DNA of 64,000 nucleotides from Candidatus Hydrogenedentota bacterium (GCA_963745075.1 CAVUWV010000031.1:96001-160000), one strand, 5' to 3'. Counted from the stretch's first letter, positions 47,745 through 58,029 are shown. Numbers and translations are program-made. Notes: generated by a model not told the origin, from the letters alone.

Positions 47745-49196
47745 CTACATTTTCTGCATCATTGACAGGAAATCGGCGTTGGTCTTAGTCTTTCTCAACT
47801 TGTCGATGAGGAGTTCGGTGGCTTCCGTTACGCTGAGGGGACTGAGGACCTTGAGCAGCAGCCAGATGCGCTGCAGCTCGTCTTCGCCCACGAGCAATTC
47901 CTCTTTGCGGGTGCGGGATTTTTGCACGTCGAGCGCCGGGAACACGCGCTTCTCCATGAGGCGGCGATCCAGGTGAATCTCCATGTTGCCGGTGCCCTTG
48001 AATTCTTCGAAGATAACGTCGTCCATGCGGCTGCCGGTTTCAACCAGCGCCGTCGCGAGAATAGTCAGACTGCCGCCTTCTTCGATGTTGCGGGCGGCGC
48101 CGAAGAATCGCTTCGGACGTTGTAGCGCGTTGGCATCCACACCGCCGGAAAGGACCTTGCCGCTGGCGGGGACGATGACGTTGTACGCGCGCGCCAGGCG
48201 GGTAATGGAGTCCAGCAGAATGATCACGTCGCGCTTGTGTTCGACGAGACGCTTGGCTTTCTCGAGGACCATCTCGGCGACCTGTACGTGGCGCTCCGGC
48301 GGTTCATCGAAGGTTGATGCAATCACCTCGCCTTTGACGGAGCGCGACATGTCGGTGACTTCTTCGGGCCGTTCATCGATGAGCAACACGATGACGTGCG
48401 CTTCCGGATGGTTGATCCCGACGCTGTTGGCGATCTTCTGCAATAGCACCGTCTTACCCGTAAACGGCGCCGCCACGATGAGGCCACGCTGTCCCTTACC
48501 GATGGGAGAGATGAGGTCCATGATGCGCATGGCCACTTCTTTCTGTTCGGTTTCGAGGTTGAGGCGTTCGTTCGGGTGGAGGGGGGTCAGGTTGTCGAAG
48601 AGGATTCGTTCGCGGGCAACCTCGGGGCTTTCGTAATTGACGGCCTCGACCTTGAGCAGGGCGAAGTACCGCTCGCCTTCTTTGGGCGGCCGCACATGCC
48701 CTTGAATCGTGTCACCCGTGCGCAGGGCGAACTTGCGGATCTGGGACGGCGACACGTAGATGTCGTCGGGGCCCGGCAGGTACGAGTAGTCTCCCGAGCG
48801 CAGGAATCCGAACCCATCGGGCAGGATTTCGAGCGTGCCTTCACCGTAGAGCGATCCGGTCGCCTCGATACTCTGTTGCAGGATGCGGAAGATGAGGTCC
48901 TGCTTCTTGAGTCCGCTGTATCCGTCGACGTTGAGGTTGCGGGCCGTATCGGCCAGCTCGGTCATCGTCATGCGTTTGAGATCACCAATGGCGATTTCCG
49001 GTCCGTTGGCGTTGGCAATAGCGTTCTCGCTCTCCGGGTCGTTCGCCACGTCCACTACGGGATGAGATGGACGACGGTCGCGGCCATGGTCGCGGCCGCC
49101 TCGCGAGGGCCCTCGTCCGGGACCACCCGAGTTGGACCGTTTTGGTTTGCCGCGCGGCCTGGAGTGGGACTTGTCGTTTGCGGTTCTCTCTGCCAT
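47745..49196 (-). CDS. rho: Transcription termination factor Rho
   Basis: [55 protein letters not shown]. Confidence 0.98.
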   Translation of the reverse strand: MAERTANDKSHSRPRGKPKRSNSGGPGRGPSRGGRDHGRDRRPSHPVVDVANDPESENAIANANGPEIAIGDLKRMTMTELADTARNLNVDGYSGLKKQDLIFRILQQSIEATGSLYGEGTLEILPDGFGFLRSGDYSYLPGPDDIYVSPSQIRKFALRTGDTIQGHVRPPKEGERYFALLKVEAVNYESPEVARERILFDNLTPLHPNERLNLETEQKEVAMRIMDLISPIGKGQRGLIVAAPFTGKTVLLQKIANSVGINHPEAHVIVLLIDERPEEVTDMSRSVKGEVIASTFDEPPERHVQVAEMVLEKAKRLVEHKRDVIILLDSITRLARAYNVIVPASGKVLSGGVDANALQRPKRFFGAARNIEEGGSLTILATALVETGSRMDDVIFEEFKGTGNMEIHLDRRLMEKRVFPALDVQKSRTRKEELLVGEDELQRIWLLLKVLSPLSVTEATELLIDKLRKTKTNADFLSMMQKM

Positions 49197-49315
49197 TCAT
49201 CTTCCTTTCGTATCCCTGAGTTCGGGGGAGGCGCGGATGCGCCGGGCACTCGTGGCATACCTGTGTTGTATCGATTGCCATAAATTCGCCACCGCTTACG
49301 GTGCTGCGTGACGTT

Positions 49316-52012
49316 CTAGTGTATTTCCGCCCAGTTGTCTCCGATTCCAACGTCCACCTTCAGCGCGACGTCCAGTTCGACCGCTTCTTCCATGATGCGT
49401 TTCATTGTGGCGGCGGTTTCCTCGGCATTCGGCGCCGGCACTTCGACGACCAACTCGTCGTGAACCTGCAGGATCAACTGCGCATCCGTCCCCTTCAGCG
49501 CCGCATCCAGGCGAATCATGGCGAGCTTGATGATGTCCGCCGCGCTTCCCTGTACGGGGGTATTCGTGGCAATCCGCTCGGCGGCCTTTCGCATGCTGGC
49601 GTTGCGGGACGTCAATTCCGGGACGTACCGCCGCCGCTTCAGCAGCGTAGAAACGTAGCCGTCGTTCGCCGCCTGTTTCAACGTCGTATCAATCCAGGTA
49701 CGCACGCCCGGGTACTTCTGGAAATACTGATCGATAAACCGGGCGGCTTCAGCGTTCGAAATGCCCAGATTCCGGGACAGGCCGAAGGCGCTGATCCCGT
49801 AGATGACGCCGAAATTGACCGCTTTGGCCTGGCGGCGCATTTCGGAGGTGACCAACTCGGGCATGACACCGAACACCCGGGCCGCCGTTTCCTGATGGAT
49901 GTCGGCATCGTGTTCGAACGCTTCCTTGAGATGCGTGTCCCCCGAAAGATGGGCCAGAATACGCAATTCAATTTGAGAGTAATCAGCCGAAATCAGCTTC
50001 CGGTCCCGATTCCGCGGAACGAATCCTTGGCGGATGCGTTTCCCGATCTCGGTCCGTACCGGGATATTCTGCAGGTTGGGGTCGCTGCTGGATAAGCGCC
50101 CGGTTGCTGCGACGGCCTGATTGAACGATGTATGTATTCGCCCGGTACTGGGGTTCACCAGTTTGGGCAATGCTTCGATGTAGGTTCCTCGAAGTTTTTC
50201 GAGTACTCGATATTCCAACACCTTTTCCGGCAAGGGGTGCTCGTGGGCGAGCACCTCGAGCACTTCCATATCGGTGGAGTAGCCCGTTTTCGTTTTCCGG
50301 ATAGGCTTCAGCCCGAGCTTTCCGAACAGGATTTCCTGCAATTGCTTGGGCGAGTTTATTTGAAACGGCTCCCCTGCCGTTTCGTGAATATCGGCTTCCA
50401 GTGTTTTCAGACGCCCTTCGACTTCCTTCTGAAGGTCATCGAAGATGCGCAGGTTCACCCCGACGCCGGCCTGTTCCATACGGGCCAGCACTTGTATCAA
50501 AGGCCCTTCGACCTTGTCGAAGAGATCCGTCAAGCCTCGTTCGCGCAATAGCGGTTGAAACACCTCGGATAGGCGCCACGTGATATCCGCATCCTCGCAG
50601 GCATATTCACTCGCGCTCTCAACGGGAACGGTATCGAAGGTAACCGCTTTCGATCCCTTGCCGATCAGGTCGGATATGGGGATCATTTTGCGCTTGAGGT
50701 AGTGGAGACTGACTTCCTCCAGATTATGCCTCATCCGCCCGGCATCTGTCAAATACGAGGCTACCATCGTATCCAGCCCGATTCCGGTCAATGAAAGCCC
50801 CGCACGCCCCAGGACGATAAGGTCGTATTTGATATTGTGGCCGACCTTCGTGATTTCGGGGTCTTCGACCAGGGGCCGCAGGAGATCGAGGGCGGTCGAG
50901 CGGTCCAGCGGGGCGCCTTTTTGGGGCTTCGTGACGGACGCCATCGCCTCGTCCGTATGGCCGACGGGGATATAGTAGCCCTTACCCGCCGCACAACTCA
51001 GGGAGACGCCTACCAGTTCGGCGCGCATCGGGTCGGTCGAGGTGGTCTCGGTGTCGATGGCGAACGTTCCGGATTGGCGCATTTCCGCGATGGCCTTTTC
51101 GAGCGCTTCCCGTGTGAGTATGAGTTGATAGTCGGTGGTTTCGGTTTCCGCTGCGTCGGGCAGGTACTCTTCGAGCAGTGACTGGAATTCCAGGGCGTGA
51201 AATGCTTCGGCCAACTTTGACCGGTCTTCTTCGCCGCGGTGGCAATCCGCGATTGTCAGCGCCAAGTCCACGTCGGTTTTGATGGTGACCAGTTCGCGGC
51301 TCAGCATCGCGATAGCGCGGTCTTCTTCGAGTTTCTCGCGCTGTTTGCCCTTGAGTTCGTCGATGTGTTCGTAGATCCCTTCGAGGGAACCGTATTTTTC
51401 CAGAAGCGTTTTGGCGGTTTTCGGTCCGATGCCGCGCACGCCGGGGACGTTGTCGGCGGTGTCTCCCATCAGACCGAGCGCGTCGATGACGTGGGCCGGG
51501 TCGCAACCGAACCGTTCGCGAACTTCTTCGACGCCGTACCAAGCGCCACTCTCGCCCTTGCCAGGGTCATAAACCTTCACAGTGTCGTTGATGAGCTGGA
51601 GCATGTCCTTGTCGCCGGTGACCAATATGGTTTCGATGTTCTCCGATTCGGCGCGACGGGCCAAAGTCCCCATGATATCGTCCGCTTCGACCCCTGGTTG
51701 CGAGAAGATGGGGATGTTGAACGCTTTGACCAGTTCGTGGATGAGCGGGAATTGGGACGAGAGTTCTTCGGGCATGGCTTCGCGATTGGCCTTGTACTCG
51801 GGATACATGTCGTCGCGAAAGGTCTTCCCGGGGGCATCGAACACCACGGCAATATGACTGGGTTCGTGTTCGCGCAGGAGTTTGAGCAGGATTCGCGCGA
51901 AGCCGTAGACGGCGTTGGTCGGCTGGCCTTTGGAATTGGTCAGGTTGCGGATGGCGAAGAACGCGCGATACGCAAATGCGCTGGCGTCGATAAGAAACAA
52001 CCGGTCAGCCAT
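49316..52012 (-). CDS. polA: DNA polymerase I
   Basis: 5'-3' exonuclease (EADD, GDKD), 3'-5' exonuclease (DTETT, HNIKYD, YACED), TGRLSSSDPNLQNIP, DYSQIELR, QVHDEL. Confidence 0.98.
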   Translation of the reverse strand: MADRLFLIDASAFAYRAFFAIRNLTNSKGQPTNAVYGFARILLKLLREHEPSHIAVVFDAPGKTFRDDMYPEYKANREAMPEELSSQFPLIHELVKAFNIPIFSQPGVEADDIMGTLARRAESENIETILVTGDKDMLQLINDTVKVYDPGKGESGAWYGVEEVRERFGCDPAHVIDALGLMGDTADNVPGVRGIGPKTAKTLLEKYGSLEGIYEHIDELKGKQREKLEEDRAIAMLSRELVTIKTDVDLALTIADCHRGEEDRSKLAEAFHALEFQSLLEEYLPDAAETETTDYQLILTREALEKAIAEMRQSGTFAIDTETTSTDPMRAELVGVSLSCAAGKGYYIPVGHTDEAMASVTKPQKGAPLDRSTALDLLRPLVEDPEITKVGHNIKYDLIVLGRAGLSLTGIGLDTMVASYLTDAGRMRHNLEEVSLHYLKRKMIPISDLIGKGSKAVTFDTVPVESASEYACEDADITWRLSEVFQPLLRERGLTDLFDKVEGPLIQVLARMEQAGVGVNLRIFDDLQKEVEGRLKTLEADIHETAGEPFQINSPKQLQEILFGKLGLKPIRKTKTGYSTDMEVLEVLAHEHPLPEKVLEYRVLEKLRGTYIEALPKLVNPSTGRIHTSFNQAVAATGRLSSSDPNLQNIPVRTEIGKRIRQGFVPRNRDRKLISADYSQIELRILAHLSGDTHLKEAFEHDADIHQETAARVFGVMPELVTSEMRRQAKAVNFGVIYGISAFGLSRNLGISNAEAARFIDQYFQKYPGVRTWIDTTLKQAANDGYVSTLLKRRRYVPELTSRNASMRKAAERIATNTPVQGSAADIIKLAMIRLDAALKGTDAQLILQVHDELVVEVPAPNAEETAATMKRIMEEAVELDVALKVDVGIGDNWAEIH

Positions 52013-53123
52013 GGCTCCCCTTTCCGACCGCGGCCAGCACCTCCTCCGCGGCGCGTCGGCTGGCGCCGGGATCGCCGAGACGATCCCGGACAGTTTGCAG
52101 TTCGTTCACCATCTCCGTACGGGCCGGGCCGTCGTCGAGGAGTTCGAGCGCGACGGGCAAGATATTGCGGACTGTGGCCTCGTGCTGCACGAATTCCGGC
52201 ACGATGCGTTTCCCAGCAAGGATGTTCACCATTCCGATGTGATCCACCCGAACCAGCAGACGCGCCAACCAGTAGGTAATCGGCGCCACGCGATAGAGAA
52301 TCACCATGGGAACGCCAAAGAGCGTCGTTTCGACTGTGGCAGTGCCGGAGGCTACGAGACAGAACCGGGCACCATCCAGCACTTCGTAGGTCTTGCCAAT
52401 GACAGTCTCCACAGGGAAGTCACCGGCGATGCCGCGAATTTGCGCTTCACGGGCCTCGTCCACGCAGGGAACGACAAAATGCGCGTCGGGATGTTTCTCC
52501 TTAATGCCGCGCGCCACATCAATCATCGTGCCGAGCAACCGGCCAATCTCCTGTTCGCGGCTGCCGGGCAGGAGGCCGATGACCAGCCCCTCTCGGTAGA
52601 GTCCTTCGATGGGTGTCGCGGCGATATGGTCCAACAAAGGATGGCCCACAAACGTGCAATCGACGCCGACCGCTTCGTACAGCCGCTTTTCAAAGGGCAG
52701 GATTACGAGCACTTTGCGGACGATCCGGGCGATGGTGAACACCCGGCCCCGTTTCCAGGCCCAGACCTGGGGGCTGATATACCAGACCACGGGGATATCG
52801 AGCATCGCGGCCCGCTTGGCGATCTGAATGTTGAACCCGGGATAGTCGATGACCACCAGGCCGTCGGGCGCCTCGTATTCGAAGCCGCGCACGGTTTCGA
52901 CGTAGAGGCGTTTGAAGAAGGCGAAGTGTTTCACCACTTCGATGAACCCCATGATGGCGTTGCTGGCGAGGTCATGCCGCAGTTCCATGCCGGCGGCTTT
53001 CATCCGTTTCCCGCCCAGCCCGACACATTGGACCTCCGGGTCCAGTTCGCGAAGGGCGTGAATGAGGTTGGCGCCGTGAAGGTCGCCCGACGATTCGCCG
53101 GCTGAAAAGAAGATACGCGTCAC
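52005..53123 (-). CDS. lpxB: Lipid-A-disaccharide synthase
   Basis: AGESSGDLHG, IDYPGFN, SPQVWAW, FVGHPL, LPGSR, SGTAT. Confidence 0.96.
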   Translation of the reverse strand: MTRIFFSAGESSGDLHGANLIHALRELDPEVQCVGLGGKRMKAAGMELRHDLASNAIMGFIEVVKHFAFFKRLYVETVRGFEYEAPDGLVVIDYPGFNIQIAKRAAMLDIPVVWYISPQVWAWKRGRVFTIARIVRKVLVILPFEKRLYEAVGVDCTFVGHPLLDHIAATPIEGLYREGLVIGLLPGSREQEIGRLLGTMIDVARGIKEKHPDAHFVVPCVDEAREAQIRGIAGDFPVETVIGKTYEVLDGARFCLVASGTATVETTLFGVPMVILYRVAPITYWLARLLVRVDHIGMVNILAGKRIVPEFVQHEATVRNILPVALELLDDGPARTEMVNELQTVRDRLGDPGASRRAAEEVLAAVGKGSHG

Positions 53124-54073
53124 GGGTGCTCCCGGATCGAATCGACCACTTGCTGCGCGATCGTCAGTGCCTCGAGTGCGTCCTCGCCGGATACGACCGG
53201 GCGTCGCCGCTCCCGGACGCATTGAACGAACGACGCGAGTTCGAGTTTGAGCGGCTCGTCTTTATGCACGTCAAGGGGTTCGACCGTGATGAGGTCCATG
53301 GGCGTCATATCCTCTTCCAGTGGACCGGGTTTCTTGCGGTACACCAGCACTTCCTGCGCGCTGTAATCGGTGGAAACATAGCTGTCCCGCGCGAAAATCC
53401 GGATCTTTCGCATCCGCTCGACGGAGACTCGGCTGCAGGTGATGTTTGCCACGCAGCCCGAGGCGAAGCGGATCCGGGCGTTGGCGATGTCTTCGAATTT
53501 GGAAAAGACGGGCACGCCGACGGCATCTACGGCGGTTACGGGTTCTCCGACGAGGGACCGGACAATTTCGAGGTCGTGAATCATCAGGTCCAGTACGACG
53601 CTCACGTCATCACCCCGGTTCGGATAGGGGCTCAGCCGGTGACATTCGATAAACTTGGGTTCGCGTACGGAATTGAACAGGGCCACGACCGCGCCGTTAA
53701 ACCGCTCGATATGCCCCACCTGGAGGAGCCGGCCGTGCGACTCGGCGGAGGCCACCATGCGCTGGGCCTCGTCGATCGTCGTTGCGATCGGTTTCTCGAC
53801 CAAAACGTCCACGCCGGACTCGAGGAATTGGACGGTCACATCATGGTGCGCGACGGTCGGCACGACCACCGACACGGCATCGACGCCGGCGCGGATCAAT
53901 TCATTGACGGCGCCGAACGCGGGCGTGTCAAAATCCTTCGCGGCCTTTCCGCGGCGGTCCGAATCCGTATCCACAACGCCGGCGAGCGCCACATCTTCCA
54001 GTGCCGCATAGTTGCGTGCGTGATGGTAACCAAGGTGTCCAACGCCGACGACACCGACGCGTAGGGGAGTCAT
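53120..54073 (-). CDS. Gfo/Idh/MocA oxidoreductase, GnnA-like (UDP-GlcNAc 3-dehydrogenase candidate)
   Basis: GVGHLG, VEKPI, VGHIERFN, DLMIHD; located between lpxA and lpxB. Confidence 0.85.
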   Translation of the reverse strand: MTPLRVGVVGVGHLGYHHARNYAALEDVALAGVVDTDSDRRGKAAKDFDTPAFGAVNELIRAGVDAVSVVVPTVAHHDVTVQFLESGVDVLVEKPIATTIDEAQRMVASAESHGRLLQVGHIERFNGAVVALFNSVREPKFIECHRLSPYPNRGDDVSVVLDLMIHDLEIVRSLVGEPVTAVDAVGVPVFSKFEDIANARIRFASGCVANITCSRVSVERMRKIRIFARDSYVSTDYSAQEVLVYRKKPGPLEEDMTPMDLITVEPLDVHKDEPLKLELASFVQCVRERRRPVVSGEDALEALTIAQQVVDSIREHP

Positions 54074-54151
54074 GCAAGAAACCCTTCGGGATGAATGCCG
54101 GGCCATACGCCCAGGGCAATTGACGCTGCCGTATTGCTTCGTATTTGCGAA

Positions 54152-54941
54152 CTACTTCGTAATGCCACGAATGGAATTCTGAACAAAATCAATGAAGTGG
54201 GTCCGTTCCGGGCACTCGTCGACGGACGCTTCGATTTCATAGATCGCCTGCGTCGTATTCAGGGTTGACCGGAACATGATTTTGTATATGGTCTTGATAC
54301 TGGATCGCGCTTCGTCGGACACTCCGTTTCGCTGGAGCCCACGGGTGTTGGGCCCGCAACACCGGGCCGGGTTTCCATCCACGATCATGAAGGGTGCAAC
54401 GTCATGCCACACGCGACTCAGCCCGCCAATCATCGCCATCTTGCCGACGGCACAGAACTGATGGATGGCGCTGAGCCCGCCGATGATGGCGCAGTCTTCG
54501 ACCTTCACATGTCCGGCCAAGGCGACGCAGTTCGCAAGGATGACGTTGCTGCCAACGTCGCAATCATGTCCGACGTGCGCGCAGGTCATGATGAGGCAAT
54601 CGTCGCCGATGCTGGTGATACGGTGCTCGTCTTCATAGCTGCTCATCGTGCTCGCGCTGATGGTGGCGTGTTCGCGAATCACGTTGCGGTCTCCGATCTC
54701 CAGGCGCCCGACAAATTCGCTTTTCTGCTTGAGATCCTGCGAGACGACGCCGACCTGAGCGCCGGAGTAGAGGCGATTGCCCTGGCCCAAAACGGTACGG
54801 CCATCGATGACACAATGGGGACCCACCGACGGTCCCGGATCCGATACGTACCTGCGCTCCGATGATGCTGTACGCCTGAATCTCGACATCGTCGGCCAAC
54901 TCGGCGTTGCCATCGACGATCGCTGTCGGATGAATGCTCAT
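54152..54941 (-). CDS. lpxA: Acyl-ACP--UDP-N-acetylglucosamine O-acyltransferase (apparent frameshift at ~54826)
   Basis: MSIHPTAIV, hexapeptide repeats, QDLK, HVGHDC, LAGHV, IHQF. Removing one base restores GTVVGPHCVI. Confidence 0.9.
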
Positions 54942-55366
54942 GCGATGTGTCACTTCCGCCCTCGCTCCCGAGGCTTTTGGACGCACGTCACGATCCGTCG
55001 TTCACTGGATTGCCCGCAACACTGGACCCTGGCCGAGGTCGATGAACCGTGGCGAATATCGTGCGCACTTACCACCCGCCCCGTGGTACCGCGTGCGGGT
55101 TCATGGGGTTTGGTCCTCGCCGTCACTTTGTCCCGAACTCGGCATATCGTCGCTGCACCAGAAGACGATGTTCAGGATGGATGGTACCCCAGAGGTGTTA
55201 GGGATAGCACAATCGGGGTTGGAAATCAAGCGAGCCGCGCGATTTACGGGCTACGCGTCCCGGGGTGAGAGGGCGACCTCGCCCTTCAAAGCAGCGTTGG
55301 TTCGGGCATCGTGTCGAACCGACCGTGGGCCCGGGCGCCTCCATGCTTCCGGGCCCGCGGCGGTGG

Positions 55367-56518
55367 CTATTTGATGATGGGGAATTTCAGGACGAACTCG
55401 GCGCCTTCGTACTCGTTCTCACTGAGTACGACTTCGCCATTATGACGCCGCATAATGTTCTTTACCGCGGCCAACCCAAGGCCCGTACCGCCCTTGCCCT
55501 TGGTGGAGTAGAACGTATCGAAGATCTTGGTGCGGTTTTCCTCGGGAATACCCGGGCCCGTGTCTCCGACGGCGACACAAATATAGTCCGGGTCGCGCCA
55601 GGTCCGGATGAGGATCTCCCGGGGCGGGGCCTGGCCATCCATCGCCTGGCAGGCGTTGGTAATCAGATTCAATACGGCTTGCCGCATCAGTACGAAATCC
55701 CCTTCACACAGGGGGATATGCTGTTCGAGTTCGCGATTCACTTTGACCGCCATCTTTTGCATGAGCGGCATACTTACCGTGAGGCACGTTTCCACCACAT
55801 CGTTGATGTTCAGAATGGAGAACCGTTGGGTTTCGTGGCGCAGAAAGTTCATGGCGGACCGAACGATATCCGTGCAGAGACCGATTTGGCCGTGCATCAT
55901 CTGCAAACGGTCGGGAGTCGGCACGACTTCCGGGCGGTTGAGAATCATCTCGAGTTGACCGGTAATCACGGCCAACGGCGTACCCAAATCGTGAAGCATG
56001 CCGGATACAAACCTGCCCAGCGTCTCGAACCGGTTGGCTTCCATGGCCAGTTCTTCCATGCGCCGCCGTTCCAATTCCTTCTCGCGTTTGTCCAGCCCTT
56101 CTTCGACGTGCCGGAGCATGACCTTCGCGTCGAATGGTTTTACGATGTAGGCCAGCGCGCCGTACTCGACGGCGTTCATGGCCGAATCCAGTTCGCCGAA
56201 CCCGGTCAGGATAATTACTTCGGTTTCGGGGAACTTGGTCTTGGTCCAGCGCAATAATTCGACACCGGATTGTTTGGGCATGCGGAGGTCGGTGATTACG
56301 AGATCGACCGGTTCGGATCGCAGCACTTGTTGCGCTTTCGATACATCCTCCGCGATGAGAACTTCATGGTCTGCTTTCAGGAGCATTCGGAGGGCCTGCC
56401 GCGGCCCGTTTTCGTCGTCGACGATCAGAATTCTCCCGCGAATAGCCTGCTTTGAAATCGGTCCCATTTCTCTACCCATCCCCAGCGTTTCCGGAGCCGC
56501 AACCGTTAGGATACCCAT
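55367..56518 (-). CDS. Hybrid receiver-histidine kinase (REC-HisKA-HATPase)
   Basis: ILIVDDE, ITDLRMP, KPF; LHDLGTPL, NLITNA, DTGPG, GTGLGL. Start could be ATG 56467. Confidence 0.9.
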   Translation of the reverse strand: MGILTVAAPETLGMGREMGPISKQAIRGRILIVDDENGPRQALRMLLKADHEVLIAEDVSKAQQVLRSEPVDLVITDLRMPKQSGVELLRWTKTKFPETEVIILTGFGELDSAMNAVEYGALAYIVKPFDAKVMLRHVEEGLDKREKELERRRMEELAMEANRFETLGRFVSGMLHDLGTPLAVITGQLEMILNRPEVVPTPDRLQMMHGQIGLCTDIVRSAMNFLRHETQRFSILNINDVVETCLTVSMPLMQKMAVKVNRELEQHIPLCEGDFVLMRQAVLNLITNACQAMDGQAPPREILIRTWRDPDYICVAVGDTGPGIPEENRTKIFDTFYSTKGKGGTGLGLAAVKNIMRRHNGEVVLSENEYEGAEFVLKFPIIK

Positions 56519-56559
56519 GGTTTTTCAACCCCCTGCGTTACAAGTCGGGCTAGTTAGGA

Positions 56560-56574
56560 GCAAGATAGGTGCCA
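56560..56574 (-). promoter_or_regulatory. sigma54 -24/-12 promoter
   Basis: Minus strand TGGCAC-CTATC-TTGC, an exact consensus, about 40 nt upstream of the hybrid kinase. Confidence 0.75.
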
Positions 56575-56640
56575 ATGTGTCAACAATTTGTCAAGTCGGT
56601 TTATGTTAACTCTTTACAACTGTCAATTTGACGAAGAATC

Positions 56641-56696
56641 TGTACATTTTTGTACAGCAATCACCAAAACACGGATTCCCTGTACATTTTTGTACA
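56641..56696. promoter_or_regulatory. Two identical 16-bp TGT-N10-ACA sites, putative enhancer-binding-protein sites
   Basis: TGTACATTTTTGTACA at 56641-56656 and 56681-56696, 40 bp apart. Confidence 0.7.
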
Positions 56697-56837
56697 AACG
56701 AAATCGCCCGGAAGAAGTATGCATATCGGTGTAAGGGACAGGGAGCTATTACTTTTTGGGGACCACCGGTTTCCGGTTCGGGACCGGCTGCCAAAAAGAG
56801 GCTTGCAGTTTACGAAGCGCTGTGGTTAAATAGCGTC

Positions 56838-57126
56838 TTCGCCGTTCCAATGGAGCGGACGAGAAAATGCAAACAAGAGTGTTAGAACGAGAACCGACGG
56901 GAAAACGTGATATGGGCAGCATATTCAAACATGCCGACGCGCAACACGCCGTGAAGCACGGGGTAGCGTGGTGCACCATGTCCACGTTTATTCGTGGCGT
57001 GGCCCGAGTACCCGCCTGCGGTTCTCGTCTCGAGGTGCAGCTATTGACGTAGCGACTTAGAGAAAAAAGCTCAAACAAACCGAGCGCCGCAGGCGAGAAT
57101 CCACCGCCTGCGGCGCTTTTACTTTT
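56838..57126 (+). ncRNA. Candidate structured leader RNA / attenuator
   Basis: Upstream TTGCAG-N17-TTAAAT; long-range stem 56887-56896/57019-57028, internal hairpins and a strong terminator. Not recognised as a known family. Confidence 0.4.
57083..57126 (+). terminator. Intrinsic terminator
   Basis: AGCGCCGCAGGCG-9 nt-CGCCTGCGGCGCT (13 bp) followed by TTTACTTTT. Confidence 0.82.
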
Positions 57127-57328
57127 CGAGTATGCAATCTTTTTTTGGGCGGTTCCGGGTGGTCCGGGGCCGAGTCAATAACCACAAGGAGACGCAGCAT
57201 GAAATTCCGACATCACGACGCCGTGCTCATTACGGTGCCCCGCTGGGGCAAGCGAATGTGCACGAACCGATCCCAATTATCCGGTGATAACGAAAACTCA
57301 AGACGATGTAGAAAAGGAGAGTCCAGTC

Positions 57329-57760
57329 ATGGCACGGTTCAATGCGGAGTTCTGGGAGATTCCAACTCAGTCCGCCTATCTCGATAATATTCCGTCCGAG
57401 CGGGCCTTGTGGTTTGAGACAGATGAAGACCGCGAGCGGCGGTACGCACTGCACGATTTCTTCCGCAGCGTGTTGCCGTTCGTGAAAGACATCATCGATG
57501 CAAAATTGACGGCGCGACAGCGCGAGGTTTTGCGTCTGTATTACTTCTGCAACAAAACGCAGGAGGACATCGCCGCGATGCTGAACTTGTCGCAGTCGAC
57601 GGTCAGCCGGCACCTGTTCGGAACCGTCCGCAATGGGAAGAAGGTCGGCGGGGCACTTCCCAAGCTCCGGCGTGCCATTGAGGAACGGGATCATGTGCCG
57701 ATCCATTCGGCACTGGCCCAGTTGCGGACGCGCTTCGACGAAGCGACGGTCGCTGCATGA
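57329..57760 (+). CDS. Stand-alone sigma70 region-4-like HTH protein
   Basis: AAGGAG RBS; LTARQREVLRLYY...TQEDIAAMLNLSQSTVSRHL; 143 aa with no recognisable region 2. Confidence 0.8.
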   Translation: MARFNAEFWEIPTQSAYLDNIPSERALWFETDEDRERRYALHDFFRSVLPFVKDIIDAKLTARQREVLRLYYFCNKTQEDIAAMLNLSQSTVSRHLFGTVRNGKKVGGALPKLRRAIEERDHVPIHSALAQLRTRFDEATVAA

Positions 57761-58000
57761 AGCGGCTGACGGCACGCAATACGTGCGTAATGCGGATAGT
57801 GGCAGCCGGAGAAGGCGCCCGGACGTGCAGGTAACACGATACGGGACCCGCGGTACCGTAAAGTGAATGCTTGTAAGCGCCGGGCGCCTTTGATACACTG
57901 GAGTCCGGACACAAAACCGTGTACGGGTGGGGTACCGGGTGCGAGACCCCGGCGCAGGAGCCTTACACGTACAACTGTCAGTGGGTTATCGCTGCCCAAC

Positions 58001-58029
58001 TTGACAGCGTGGGGTCTTTGTGGTTAAAT
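58001..58029 (+). promoter_or_regulatory. sigma70-type promoter of the OmpA-family gene
   Basis: TTGACA, 17-nt spacer ending TGTGG, TTAAAT. Confidence 0.6.
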
